Notes under the pieces: generated by a model
What the model was told of the DNA's origin: nothing
Databases searched by the model: none
The model's input: the letters and a program-made list of their open reading frames with translations, nothing else
Position numbers and translations under genes: made by a program
IMG/VR virus record: IMGVR_UViG_3300036453_000040
From: a virus
Taxonomy: Duplodnaviria; Heunggongvirae; Uroviricota; Caudoviricetes
Length of the DNA: 64,000 nucleotides
Reading direction: 5' to 3' (one strand)
Shown here: positions 36,514 to 45,921 of the stretch, one piece after another
Position numbering within the stretch: the stretch's first letter is position 1
Layout of the letters: each line of letters begins with the position of its first letter

Positions 36514-37317
36514 CTAGTTTGCAGCTTTTAAACGCACTAAAGTTGCATGTTTTTTACTGATAGCTTCGTGGCTATTCTTATTAGGGTTATTCAATAACTG
36601 GTTTGGTACTACTTCTAAGATGACAAATCTCATATTACGAGGCAATAAGTGCTCTTGCTCTTTGTGAGCATTAGCATGCCCGAAGCTGGACAAGGGGGCA
36701 CCGCTAGACGTTTCGATCTCATAAACAATGTTTGAAAGACCAGAATCCTTACCATTCAAAAGCTCTAAGTATTGCTCACGATTCTTAATTCCGAACGTTC
36801 CCGTAGACGGAGGAAGATCCTCATACGATTCGGGCAAAAAATCAAATAACGCTTCAGGGTTAGTTGTCGTTGACATGTAGCCTTCAATTGTTAGCTCTTG
36901 CCCAACTTTAAACTTGTTGCTTACAAAATCAGCAGATTCATCTGGAGTTGCGAAGTTGTTATCAAATAATTTAGTTGCCCTATAAACAATCTTGCTCTTT
37001 GTGCCTTCTATTTTTTTATGTTTTGCTAATGCTGTATCAATTTTTGTCATCATCGTTTTAACGTCATGGCTTTGAACACCGTAAAGATGCTCCCCAATTT
37101 GGGTATAGGACTGGTTCGCATAAGAAGCTAGCGCTTCTTTTTCTGCATCAGTTAGCAAAAGAGAATAGTTCTGTGAGTCTCTAAGAGTTTTGTTGATATC
37201 ATTTGCAGGGTTAAAATTAAACGTACCTGTTTTTAAATCTAATGTACTTGCAAAATTAACTCCATGCACACGACAAATAGCAGGGATATTAGCTCGACAT
37301 GCAATGGGTTTAATCAT
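36514..37317 (-). CDS. C3-like (R-S-E class) mono-ADP-ribosyltransferase domain protein
   Basis: KIVYRATK provides the catalytic Arg. GYMSTTT is the STS motif. EQEHLLPRN is the Q/E-x-E motif followed by LLPR, as in C3 exoenzyme. There is no signal peptide. Confidence 0.6.
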   Translation of the reverse strand: MIKPIACRANIPAICRVHGVNFASTLDLKTGTFNFNPANDINKTLRDSQNYSLLLTDAEKEALASYANQSYTQIGEHLYGVQSHDVKTMMTKIDTALAKHKKIEGTKSKIVYRATKLFDNNFATPDESADFVSNKFKVGQELTIEGYMSTTTNPEALFDFLPESYEDLPPSTGTFGIKNREQYLELLNGKDSGLSNIVYEIETSSGAPLSSFGHANAHKEQEHLLPRNMRFVILEVVPNQLLNNPNKNSHEAISKKHATLVRLKAAN

Positions 37318-37370
37318 AACTAATATATATCAAACCAGCGGTAAGGATAATTGTTTTTTATGTTAGTTCA

Positions 37371-37379
37371 TGGTATAAT
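37371..37379 (+). promoter_or_regulatory. Extended -10 element (TGGTATAAT) in the divergent intergenic region
   Basis: ttcatggtataattgat lies 35 nt upstream of the ATG at 37414. Confidence 0.4.
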
Positions 37380-37413
37380 TGATATAAGATTAAACCAAAA
37401 GAAATGATATGCC

Positions 37414-37752
37414 ATGACAGATGACAAGACTGCCGCTAAGAAACCACGGGTAAAAAAAGAACCACCTAAGCATACAGATTTTCTTGGTACAGCTCTTGAC
37501 GTTGACGACATGGTTGCCTTCTCACAGGGAAGCTCCTCTACGATGGCTCTTGGCCGCGTGACGGGATTCACTGCTAAATCAGTACGCGTTGAACCTATAA
37601 GAGTGTCTAATACTAATATTGCAATAGGTTACGCTTATCGCGGGGACGGAACCCCTATTACTCGCTCCCCGAATCAGGTAGTTAAACTACCTAGCAACAT
37701 CCAAGAATTTAACTACTTGCCTCGTGACTGGATCACTCACGTATTCGAGTAG
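37414..37752 (+). CDS. hypothetical protein
   Basis: 112-aa ORF downstream of the promoter element. Basic N-terminus. Confidence 0.45.
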   Translation: MTDDKTAAKKPRVKKEPPKHTDFLGTALDVDDMVAFSQGSSSTMALGRVTGFTAKSVRVEPIRVSNTNIAIGYAYRGDGTPITRSPNQVVKLPSNIQEFNYLPRDWITHVFE

Positions 37753-37758
37753 CTATCC

Positions 37759-38289
37759 TTAGCGGTTCGCCATCACAAGCGATATGCTTTCATTTGGCAA
37801 GTTTTGCCTTCTTAGAAGCAAGTAATAGGAAGTAGGGACTACTCGTCCTCTAAAATGAATCTTATATCCTGATGCTTCGTCAGGAGGCAAAGCGAGAAGT
37901 GTTTTCACTCCTTCATACCATGTCCAGTCTGGATCGTCCTCGTGAGATGCGTGAACATTGAGCTGATCGAAAATACGATCTGCGTATCGTTTTAAAATTT
38001 GAGGAAGATAACGACCTTCTAATTCGTAAAAACTTAAAAACTCAACCTCGTCAACTTCAAGGTTATTTTGTAACGGTTTATAGTTCCAAGCTGGGTTATT
38101 GTAACGTTCTCTCAGAACAATTAGACAGGACTCTGCAAGAAGATCGTCTGTGGAAGCATTAAATACTCTTTCATTGTTTTCTTCTTTGAAGACAATACTA
38201 CGCGAGAATCTATATGACATGTGTGAAATTTCGCAATCTGTTTCATTTGGCGTTGTTATCGGTTTATACGACAAAAGAGGCCTAGCCAA
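37759..38289 (-). CDS. hypothetical protein
   Basis: 176-aa ORF. Confidence 0.45.
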   Translation of the reverse strand: MARPLLSYKPITTPNETDCEISHMSYRFSRSIVFKEENNERVFNASTDDLLAESCLIVLRERYNNPAWNYKPLQNNLEVDEVEFLSFYELEGRYLPQILKRYADRIFDQLNVHASHEDDPDWTWYEGVKTLLALPPDEASGYKIHFRGRVVPTSYYLLLRRQNLPNESISLVMANR

Positions 38290-38482
38290 ATCGGGAGCAA
38301 CCGAACGCCCTTAAACACAACCACGAGATGATCTGACTAGACCTCTTACACTTATATCGACATACTACCCCCGAATTAGGGTCTTTTCAGTAAACTCTAA
38401 GATAAAAATATTTTGTTGCATCGGAATAGGTAGCGTTTAAAACACCTAAGAGTCGTTGGTGAGCTTAAGTTTCCAGCATGTA

Positions 38483-40015
38483 TTAAAACAACAAATAATT
38501 ATCTCGTAGCATCTTTACTGTTTTTTGAAGCTGTTTTATATGACGCAATGTAAATGGGATCAATGGTTTAAAGAATTTGCGCTCATCTTTGGCTGGTTCA
38601 ATAAGTTGAGTCTCGTAATACGCTAGAGAACCTCGTAGTGGAGTGTGAAATTTTCCGTCAGCCCATTCTCCAGAGATTAAAGCTTTAACTCTTTTAGCAG
38701 TTACTTCTTTGGAAATACCAGCTTCGTTAGTAGTAACAAGAACGCAAGAACGGTTACCTTTATCTAAAGAATTAAGCTGCGCTACAGCGTGTGCCGTCGA
38801 GCCAGACCCAGCAAAAAAGTCCATAATTAGTGGCGGAGATTCTGTATCATCTTTGCGATGTTGCGGGATTACATATTCAATCCATTCCGCTAAAGTGTTA
38901 TGGTCTTTAGGGTAACTAAACTTACCTCGCCCAATTTGTTTAGCGAGCAGCTTATTAGCAAAGTCCCTGTCTTTTTGGATTACATCCTTCAAAACAACTG
39001 ATAGGTTATCTTTCAAGTATCTTTTAAACGAGGGGACCCCTTCGCCATTCCACAATATTTGGTCAGCGTCAATTTTCTCTTGAAAAGTGTCCATACTATG
39101 AACCCATCCTCTTTTAGGAATAGCAACTACTGTTCCAGTGTGAGGGTTTACAATTGCATAAGTTCCACCATGGCCACTAGGTGAAGATAAATCGCTCGCA
39201 CGATACAACCGTCCCTCATTATCAATCGCATTGTACATTTTCAAACCTGGTTCAATTTGAAATATTTCCTTAGCTTCATCAGAGATATAAAAACGTCTCA
39301 GGTTTTTAGTAGCTTTCTGGGAATCATGGCCGACCTCAACCCAGATTGTCTCTGCAATCTCTAGTAGTTGCTCCGCTCCGTGTTTTTGAGCGCGCCACTT
39401 CGCACTTACGGCTTTCGTGGCATCAATATTTTTAGCATAGATAAGCATATAGTCACTGCTCGTTGAAACGAAACGTGCATTATTAATGGAGGAGCCGCTC
39501 CATGTAATATTAGCAATAAAGTTCTCCTCACCAAATAAGGTATCCATAAGCAACTTCAACCTGCTTAGCTCTTCAACCCCAATTGCGCACATAATGATTC
39601 CAGTTTCTTGCAAAAGTTCACGAGCAAGAAACAACCTGCGTTCCATGAATGAAACCCAGCGAGAGTGCTTATCTAACCGAGATTTATATGAATCCGAGTA
39701 AGTATAGACATCTTTACCCGTGTTATACGGAGGGTCAATATAAATCACATCAGCAGAATTAGCATACTTGTCTTGAAACGCAACCAAAGCAGGTAGGTTG
39801 TCTCCTTCAACGAGAACAATAGAAGGTTCCCCTTGTTTATGGAAAGACAATTTCTCGTTTTTTACAAATACTGGAACTTTACCCGCAAGTAAATCCAAAT
39901 ATGCGTTATCTCGTTCTGGTTTACGCTGGAAAAAAGTGCTTTTGTCTGCTCGTAGTGCTTCGTTTTCGGCGCGCAAAACAGCAAGGTCTCTAAGCAAGTC
40001 ATTTTTAGTAGTCAT
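38483..40015 (-). CDS. Beta-class N6-adenine or N4-cytosine DNA methyltransferase (Type III Mod-like or orphan)
   Basis: DPPY motif (VIYIDPPYNTG) precedes the FxGxG AdoMet motif (MDFFAGSGSTAHA). N-terminal coiled coil. Confidence 0.8.
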   Translation of the reverse strand: MTTKNDLLRDLAVLRAENEALRADKSTFFQRKPERDNAYLDLLAGKVPVFVKNEKLSFHKQGEPSIVLVEGDNLPALVAFQDKYANSADVIYIDPPYNTGKDVYTYSDSYKSRLDKHSRWVSFMERRLFLARELLQETGIIMCAIGVEELSRLKLLMDTLFGEENFIANITWSGSSINNARFVSTSSDYMLIYAKNIDATKAVSAKWRAQKHGAEQLLEIAETIWVEVGHDSQKATKNLRRFYISDEAKEIFQIEPGLKMYNAIDNEGRLYRASDLSSPSGHGGTYAIVNPHTGTVVAIPKRGWVHSMDTFQEKIDADQILWNGEGVPSFKRYLKDNLSVVLKDVIQKDRDFANKLLAKQIGRGKFSYPKDHNTLAEWIEYVIPQHRKDDTESPPLIMDFFAGSGSTAHAVAQLNSLDKGNRSCVLVTTNEAGISKEVTAKRVKALISGEWADGKFHTPLRGSLAYYETQLIEPAKDERKFFKPLIPFTLRHIKQLQKTVKMLRDNYLLF

Positions 40016-40080
40016 TTTATCCTTTGCCTATCATAGCATTATATTAGTTGTTTGCCTAGATATGGTATGATTGAATTATA

Positions 40081-40374
40081 ATGACCAACTATAACGCTCC
40101 TAAGCCAATTAAACCTTGCATTGCTTGCAAGAAAGAGCTTACTTCGGTTTTTCCTTCAACCACTGAAGCTCTCTCCAGTGAATACGTGCAACCTGACAGT
40201 GGAGTTAGTTTTTCAGGATATGGTGGATATGGTTCTGTTTTCGATGACATAGATAATGACTGTGAGTATGTCGTAAATATATGCGACGAATGTCTTACCA
40301 GTGCGATTAAAAACAACGAAGTTTTGTTACGTACGACTGTAAAGGTTGATACGTATACTGAAGCTACAAGCTGA
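40081..40374 (+). CDS. hypothetical small zinc-ribbon protein
   Basis: CIAC ... CDEC pairs. Confidence 0.4.
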   Translation: MTNYNAPKPIKPCIACKKELTSVFPSTTEALSSEYVQPDSGVSFSGYGGYGSVFDDIDNDCEYVVNICDECLTSAIKNNEVLLRTTVKVDTYTEATS

Positions 40375-40487
40375 TTAAACTAGAAACATTTTTCTGAGAC
40401 ACGAAATAATTTCAAGTATGACGATAATAATCATATAAGGTTAAACAATCTTTATCTTTCCAAAGATGCAAGGATTCCCGCATCTAA

Positions 40488-40811
40488 ATGAAAGAAGTTG
40501 ACACTATGTATTCAATGCCCACTAACGAAGAACTTAAAGAGTTCTTTCTCTGCGGACTTCGCACTGGTTACTCCAGCAAAAAAGAAGCCCTCCGTTATAG
40601 CTCCAGCTCGGGGCACGCCTATGATTGTATTTATTGTGCTGGATGGCATAAAGTCCCTGAAACCAGCAATGAAGCAGAACTGATTAAGCAAGCGAAAACA
40701 AAATTCGACTTACACATAAGCAGAAATCAGTATACTCCTCATATCTCTAACCCACCAACAGTCCCCATGGGCGTTTTAACTTCATCGATCATAATCCTTG
40801 GAAGAGAGTAA
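40488..40811 (+). CDS. hypothetical small protein
   Basis: 107-aa ORF followed by a strong terminator. Confidence 0.4.
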   Translation: MKEVDTMYSMPTNEELKEFFLCGLRTGYSSKKEALRYSSSSGHAYDCIYCAGWHKVPETSNEAELIKQAKTKFDLHISRNQYTPHISNPPTVPMGVLTSSIIILGRE

Positions 40812-40829
40812 CCATAGTTCTCTACCGTT

Positions 40830-40895
40830 AAACTAAGAAACTCACGCGACTAATATTTTAGTCGCGTGAGTTTCTTAGTTTAATCGAAAGCGTTT
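40830..40895 (+). terminator. Terminator hairpin with a perfect 22-bp stem
   Basis: aaactaagaaactcacgcgact-aatatttt-agtcgcgtgagtttcttagttt. Confidence 0.5.
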
Positions 40896-41026
40896 TGTTG
40901 TTTAGGAATTAAACTTTCAAAAAAGTTAAATGCATCGTCTACATGTGTAACATCACTAGAGAACCATGCAAACACAAGAACGAAAACAACTCCAGCAATA
41001 ATCGCTTTAAAATGCATTCTCAGCAT
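40880..41026 (-). CDS. Possible 48-aa single-TM membrane peptide
   Basis: MLRMHFKAIIAGVVFVLVFAWF... preceded by AAGGAG. Not in the ORF track. Confidence 0.25.
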   Translation of the reverse strand: MLRMHFKAIIAGVVFVLVFAWFSSDVTHVDDAFNFFESLIPKQQNAFD

Positions 41027-41093
41027 AATTATTTTCTCCTTTTAAACATATCACATTGTATATAGGAAGAAAGCAATCCCCGATAGGAGAGGT

Positions 41094-41663
41094 ATGGAAG
41101 AAAAAATTACCTCAAAAATTTTGTTGATCGCTTTACGAGCTAAGTTACCAAAAGCTGCTGTCCTAGGTGAAGTCACAATGGAAGACGAAGAGGAATCTCA
41201 TCGTATACGGACTGGATATGCAAAACGTTACCCAGCATGGAGAAAAAGTTATGACAAAAAAGGTTTAAGTTATGATGCAGTACTTCCTGAGGGCTATGAT
41301 TTCAGAAAAGCTGTTTCTATCCGTAGAATCGATGCTCTAATTTTCGAGGGTGATAAGAAAACTGCTATCGAGATCAAGATCTCCAGAGCTGACTTTTTTC
41401 GGGATACGCTAGAAAAGCGCTATGCATGGATGAAGCATACACATAGGTTTATATACTTGACACCTAAAGGGCTTATCAAAGTGGAAGAAGTTCCAGACGG
41501 GTGCGGCTTATGGGAGTATGAGAACGGCGTAATTACATCCGTTAAAAATGCTCGTGGCAATAAGAATATCCAAGATTTCCCTATATCAATGTATAAGTAT
41601 TTTGTTTGGCGAGCTTTCATTGCAGAACAAAAGCTAGCTAAACAACCATATAAAAGAAGGTAA
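41094..41663 (+). CDS. PD-(D/E)xK nuclease-fold protein, MmcB-like
   Basis: RIDALIF...AIEIKISRADFFRD gives D / E-x-K catalytic-like residues in the right spacing. Confidence 0.45.
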   Translation: MEEKITSKILLIALRAKLPKAAVLGEVTMEDEEESHRIRTGYAKRYPAWRKSYDKKGLSYDAVLPEGYDFRKAVSIRRIDALIFEGDKKTAIEIKISRADFFRDTLEKRYAWMKHTHRFIYLTPKGLIKVEEVPDGCGLWEYENGVITSVKNARGNKNIQDFPISMYKYFVWRAFIAEQKLAKQPYKRR

Positions 41664-41688
41664 TTTAGCTAGCTTTATGTGTTCTTGT

Positions 41689-42762
41689 TTAATCTTTAAT
41701 TGTAGCATCCCATGGTGCATTCAACAGCGCCTTAGAGAAGACTGATAATTTGTCCCTAAGTAGCGTGGTATACGCACGGTCGTAAACTGCTATATCTGCT
41801 TTTTTCTCTTTGCTATCACGATTAAAAAAGCTAGATATTTTTTCCAAAGCGCCTTTACTTTCTTGCGCTCGGTAAGAACTTAACCCGTTTCTAACGAGGT
41901 CGTTACGCATAGATTTAACGAGTGCTTCTTTTTCGCTATCTGTATAATCAGGGTTATTAACAAGGCGACCAATTGCGTTGTTATACTTACCTACGCTAAT
42001 ACCACTGTTACCCACGGCAAAATCAGTATCCAATTCATTATAATCAAGCCCGTCAAGATGAACCGTTTTATCTTCCCAGTGAGCTATATCTTCTTTTTGA
42101 AGAAAAAATGCATTTCTGCTTCTAGTAGCTAAAGCAACAGCATTATCTACTTTAGTATGAAATTCGTCATAATTAGCTTGTAATCGAGTAACGTTATCTT
42201 GAGTTTTAGCGTAATCTAACGCTGAAGTTGCACGTGCTTCTTCTTCAGTTGCGCCTTTACCTTCATAAGTTCCATTCTTCCATTGCTCTTCAAAAACTTG
42301 AGGGCTGTTATAGCTATGCGCTTCTTTGGCGAAATCAAGCATTTGTTTGCTATCTTCATATTTAGCTAAAAGTTGCTCTTGGCCTAAAGCTCTATTGTAG
42401 TTTTTACGTATTGCTCCTAAAGAACTTGCGCTTGGATGTTTAGTGCTCTCTAAAAGATCTGGTTTCATCCTATTTGAGATATTTAACTCATGACCAAAAG
42501 AGGGAGTACTTGAGTCAACAGCTGCGGGGTCCACCTTGTTAAAAACTGAATCAGCTATCTCCTTGCTCAGGGCCGCGCGTTCTACCGCGTCAATTTTGCC
42601 ATCAGCGGATGCAAGATCAATGGAAGCTTGATGACGTTCTAAGCTTTTAGTCGTTTCACCTATCCTATGGTTACTTGCACCGACATATTTACACGCTCTT
42701 TTAGTAGCTTTGCAGGGTTTCCATCCCGTAGGAGTATTATGCTGTAGTTGTTTAGTTGCCAT
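41689..42762 (-). CDS. hypothetical protein
   Basis: 357-aa ORF. Confidence 0.5.
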   Translation of the reverse strand: MATKQLQHNTPTGWKPCKATKRACKYVGASNHRIGETTKSLERHQASIDLASADGKIDAVERAALSKEIADSVFNKVDPAAVDSSTPSFGHELNISNRMKPDLLESTKHPSASSLGAIRKNYNRALGQEQLLAKYEDSKQMLDFAKEAHSYNSPQVFEEQWKNGTYEGKGATEEEARATSALDYAKTQDNVTRLQANYDEFHTKVDNAVALATRSRNAFFLQKEDIAHWEDKTVHLDGLDYNELDTDFAVGNSGISVGKYNNAIGRLVNNPDYTDSEKEALVKSMRNDLVRNGLSSYRAQESKGALEKISSFFNRDSKEKKADIAVYDRAYTTLLRDKLSVFSKALLNAPWDATIKD

Positions 42763-42828
42763 GCGTTATATCTATCAGTTTCAATGGGGACCATTACATA
42801 TTAGCAACAGAACGAACACTTTGGGAGT

Positions 42829-43491
42829 TTAGCTTAAAAGAGAAGTGAACCCGTTTAAAGCGAAGTCATCTCGTCCTCGCCATGATGCGCTCGTTTGAAC
42901 GTGGTTAGCTCGTACAAATTTTGCAACATGTTGTCCAAACTCGCTATATGGAATCATGCCCGCATCACGCAACACGAACCCTTCTGAGACTGTGGAGTCT
43001 AAGACCTTGCCCCATGCTTGGGTAGCTTCCTTATAGCTTGTACCGCGATACAGTGTTGGTACAACGGGCAGTCCCAGCATGCTAGCGAACTCACTCATGT
43101 CATCGAAAGAGAGCAAGTTGTTGTTCTCATCCCAAATCCCGAATACATATAAAGGCCCCTCAAGTGAATCGTAAGCTACTGACCTGCGAGCTTGAAGTGA
43201 CTCTCCTGTTACTCGCCAACCCGTAGGAATATCAAAGCGTACCTGACTCCAGATTCGCTTCGCTAACGTATCCCAAGCGTGAGTGCCAGAATCAAGAGAG
43301 CGAGCATGGAAATAATCAGGGTAAAGGGAGACGTTTCCGCCGTCAAGTTTCTCAGTTACTACAAGTTCAATGCCGCTCTCTAAATAAGCAAGGGCAGAAG
43401 CTGAAGCCATCTTGTCATCACTGGTCATGCCTTCAGAAAAGGGCAAGTGTGGCGTACGAGGATATTTATAACGCATAGTTGATTCACTCAT
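42829..43491 (-). CDS. ATP-dependent RNA ligase family protein (KxDG nucleotidyltransferase, minimal Rnl type)
   Basis: KYPRTPHLP. Motif I TEKLDGGN. Motif IV-like EGFVLRD. Motif V-like AKFVRANH. Confidence 0.6.
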   Translation of the reverse strand: MSESTMRYKYPRTPHLPFSEGMTSDDKMASASALAYLESGIELVVTEKLDGGNVSLYPDYFHARSLDSGTHAWDTLAKRIWSQVRFDIPTGWRVTGESLQARRSVAYDSLEGPLYVFGIWDENNNLLSFDDMSEFASMLGLPVVPTLYRGTSYKEATQAWGKVLDSTVSEGFVLRDAGMIPYSEFGQHVAKFVRANHVQTSASWRGRDDFALNGFTSLLS

Positions 43492-43699
43492 GAACTTACC
43501 CTTTCTTATGGCTGGTTTGTATTAAATAACCATACCATACGAATGGTTGGTTTACAACAGGCAGTTAACTTCATTTTGCAAGTTGAGCTTTTTAGTTGAA
43601 CACTTCAATTAATCAGAGCTTAAAATCTTTCACTCCCATATTTCTGTAGCCCCTCCAGAAATATGGGAGGGGCTACAGAAATACAGCGAATTAAACTAC

Positions 43700-45193
43700 C
43701 TACTTCACTAGTGGAAATAAGACAGTATCCCTGATTCCCTTGTTAGAAAGAATCATAATTAAACGGTCAATTCCCATGCCAATACCTCCAGTTGGAGGCA
43801 TTCCGTATTCTAATGCTTGCAGGAAGGACTCATCTAGAGCCATGGCTTCATCGTCACCACGCCCAGCAAATCTAGCTTGTTCAACTAGACGCTCGCGTTG
43901 GATAACAGGGTCAACAAGTTCTGAGTACCCTGTTGCTACTTCCATACCAGCAATGTAAAGGTCCCACTTTTCTACTACTCCAGCGATAGAACGATGATTA
44001 GCAACTAGCGGCGAGCTATCAACAGGGTAATCGAAGACAAAAGTAGGCAAGGTAAGGTTAGGCTTAACGTAAGATTCCCACAGTTCTTCAACTAGCTTTC
44101 CTCTTGTTGGAGCTTGAATCTTGATATTGCGAAGATCAGCAAGGCTTACAATTTCGCTAAGCGGAGTTAGAGGAGTAATTTCAACCCCAGAGGCTTCACT
44201 CAAAGACTCATACAAAGAAATGCGCTGCCACGGGTCGTTTAAGCTCCCGAGGTTCTTCTTGACTTCAGCTAGGGTTTCAGCTGTAACATATCTACCAATA
44301 TCATGGGCAGACTCCTTGATAACGGCCTCTACACGATCTGCCATCCTATTGTAATCAGAGTAAACTTCATAAGCTTCAAGCATAGTAAACTCAGGAGAGT
44401 GAGTTGAATCCATTCCCTCGTTACGGAAGTTCTTGTTAATTTCAAATACTCGGTCCATGCCGCCAACAACAGCTCTCTTCAAAAAAAGCTCTGGAGCAAT
44501 ACGTAGGTAAAGGTCTTCGTCAATAGCATTGCTATGGGTTACGAACGGGCGTGCAGAAGCGCCCCCATGGAGAGTTTGCAAGATAGGGGTTTCGACTTCA
44601 AGGTAGTCATCCTCCTCGAACATTCTACGAATTCTTGAAATAACCTTTGAACGAAGAATTGCTTGGTTGCGAGCTTCACTACTGAGAATCAGGTCAAGGT
44701 AACGTTGACGAGCGCGAGTTTCATCATTCAAGTCAGAATGCTGGTTGGGCAGAGGCCGAATAGCCTTAGAAATCACACCCCAAGTAACCACAAAGATAGA
44801 CAGTTCACCTGTCTTAGAGGTGGAAACAAGGCCCGTAACAGTTACATGGTCACCAAGGTCAACCTTCTGCCTCCAAACAAGGTGTGACTCATCGCCAATT
44901 TCAGCACGAGAGATCAAAAGTTGCATTTGATCTCCACGGCCAGATTGAATAACAGCAAAAGAAATGCGACCTGCGTTGCGAATACTCATAAGTCGGCCAG
45001 CAATAGTGACAGTATCTTCAGTCTTGGTATCAGCTTCAAGGTCAGTATAGTCCATACGGATCTTCGCGATGCTATCAACAGCTTCCGCAAAGTTAACAGG
45101 ATAGGGGTTATGCCCCATCTCAATTAGGTTCGCTCGCTTCTCCAGCCTTACAAGCATCTGGTCTGACGTGTCGGGAGCGCGTGTTGAACTCAT
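43700..45193 (-). CDS. lysS: Lysyl-tRNA synthetase, class II
   Basis: N-terminal OB anticodon-binding domain. Class II motifs. C-terminal GGIGMGIDRLIMIL. Confidence 0.9.
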   Translation of the reverse strand: MSSTRAPDTSDQMLVRLEKRANLIEMGHNPYPVNFAEAVDSIAKIRMDYTDLEADTKTEDTVTIAGRLMSIRNAGRISFAVIQSGRGDQMQLLISRAEIGDESHLVWRQKVDLGDHVTVTGLVSTSKTGELSIFVVTWGVISKAIRPLPNQHSDLNDETRARQRYLDLILSSEARNQAILRSKVISRIRRMFEEDDYLEVETPILQTLHGGASARPFVTHSNAIDEDLYLRIAPELFLKRAVVGGMDRVFEINKNFRNEGMDSTHSPEFTMLEAYEVYSDYNRMADRVEAVIKESAHDIGRYVTAETLAEVKKNLGSLNDPWQRISLYESLSEASGVEITPLTPLSEIVSLADLRNIKIQAPTRGKLVEELWESYVKPNLTLPTFVFDYPVDSSPLVANHRSIAGVVEKWDLYIAGMEVATGYSELVDPVIQRERLVEQARFAGRGDDEAMALDESFLQALEYGMPPTGGIGMGIDRLIMILSNKGIRDTVLFPLVK

Positions 45194-45203
45194 TTTATAC
45201 CTT

Positions 45204-45249
45204 TCAAAAAAATATGGTTACATCCCATTATAGCGGATGTAACCATATT
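45204..45249 (-). terminator. Terminator hairpin (15-bp stem) with a T-run on the minus strand, between the Nudix gene and the lysS start
   Basis: aatatggttacatcc-cattatagc-ggatgtaaccatatt preceded on the plus strand by aaaaaaa. Confidence 0.45.
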
Positions 45250-45276
45250 TTGCAAGCTTGCTATTTTAGTGTTAAT

Positions 45277-45813
45277 TTAAAGAAAAGTTTTTGTAGCTAC
45301 TTTTTCCCAGCTTAGGATACCTTCAGTGATTAGCCATTCCGCAATATGTTTAGTATCAAAACCAATCTCATCACTTTTCAAATTGCTAATTTCTTCTAAG
45401 TCAAGCCAGCGAATATCAGTCGATTCACCTTCTACAGGAAGACCACGAGGAAGTTGGTCAGTTACAAAACCATACCCAAGGTCAGTATGCATGTGTTTGC
45501 CTTCTGCGTCAACTTTATGCGTGTTATGAAGAATAGGAATCGGGTGAATTGTTACGCTGGGGAGGAACTTAATGCGATGATATGGTTGAAGAATCTCAAG
45601 CTGATTAATATCATAGCCTGTTTCCTCAAGCAGTTCATGCGTAATAGCTTCCCATGGCGTCTCGTTTAGTTCAATATGGCCACCTGCTTGTAGAAGTTTG
45701 TGGAATTTTTTATGCATATGCAGAAAAAGTTTAGGTTTCGTATCACCTGTGTAAACGATGAAAGCGCTAGTAGTATGGTCGTGTTGTCCGTCTAAGTCAT
45801 GAATATGTGCCAT
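45277..45813 (-). CDS. Nudix hydrolase
   Basis: Nudix box GGHIELNETPWEAITHELLEETGY. Confidence 0.8.
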   Translation of the reverse strand: MAHIHDLDGQHDHTTSAFIVYTGDTKPKLFLHMHKKFHKLLQAGGHIELNETPWEAITHELLEETGYDINQLEILQPYHRIKFLPSVTIHPIPILHNTHKVDAEGKHMHTDLGYGFVTDQLPRGLPVEGESTDIRWLDLEEISNLKSDEIGFDTKHIAEWLITEGILSWEKVATKTFL

Positions 45814-45921
45814 TATAAACTAATTATAGCAGACAATAGTTAACTTCAAGTACATTAATAGCTTTGTAAAGCGATTAGTCATGGTAAGATAGTAACCTAA
45901 CTAATTATTTTGGAAGAACTT

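Noticed and set aside
37368-37571. 67-aa minus-strand ORF overlapping the divergent promoter and the 37414 gene
   Set aside because: It is antisense to a better-supported gene and spans the promoter region. It is a likely artefact.
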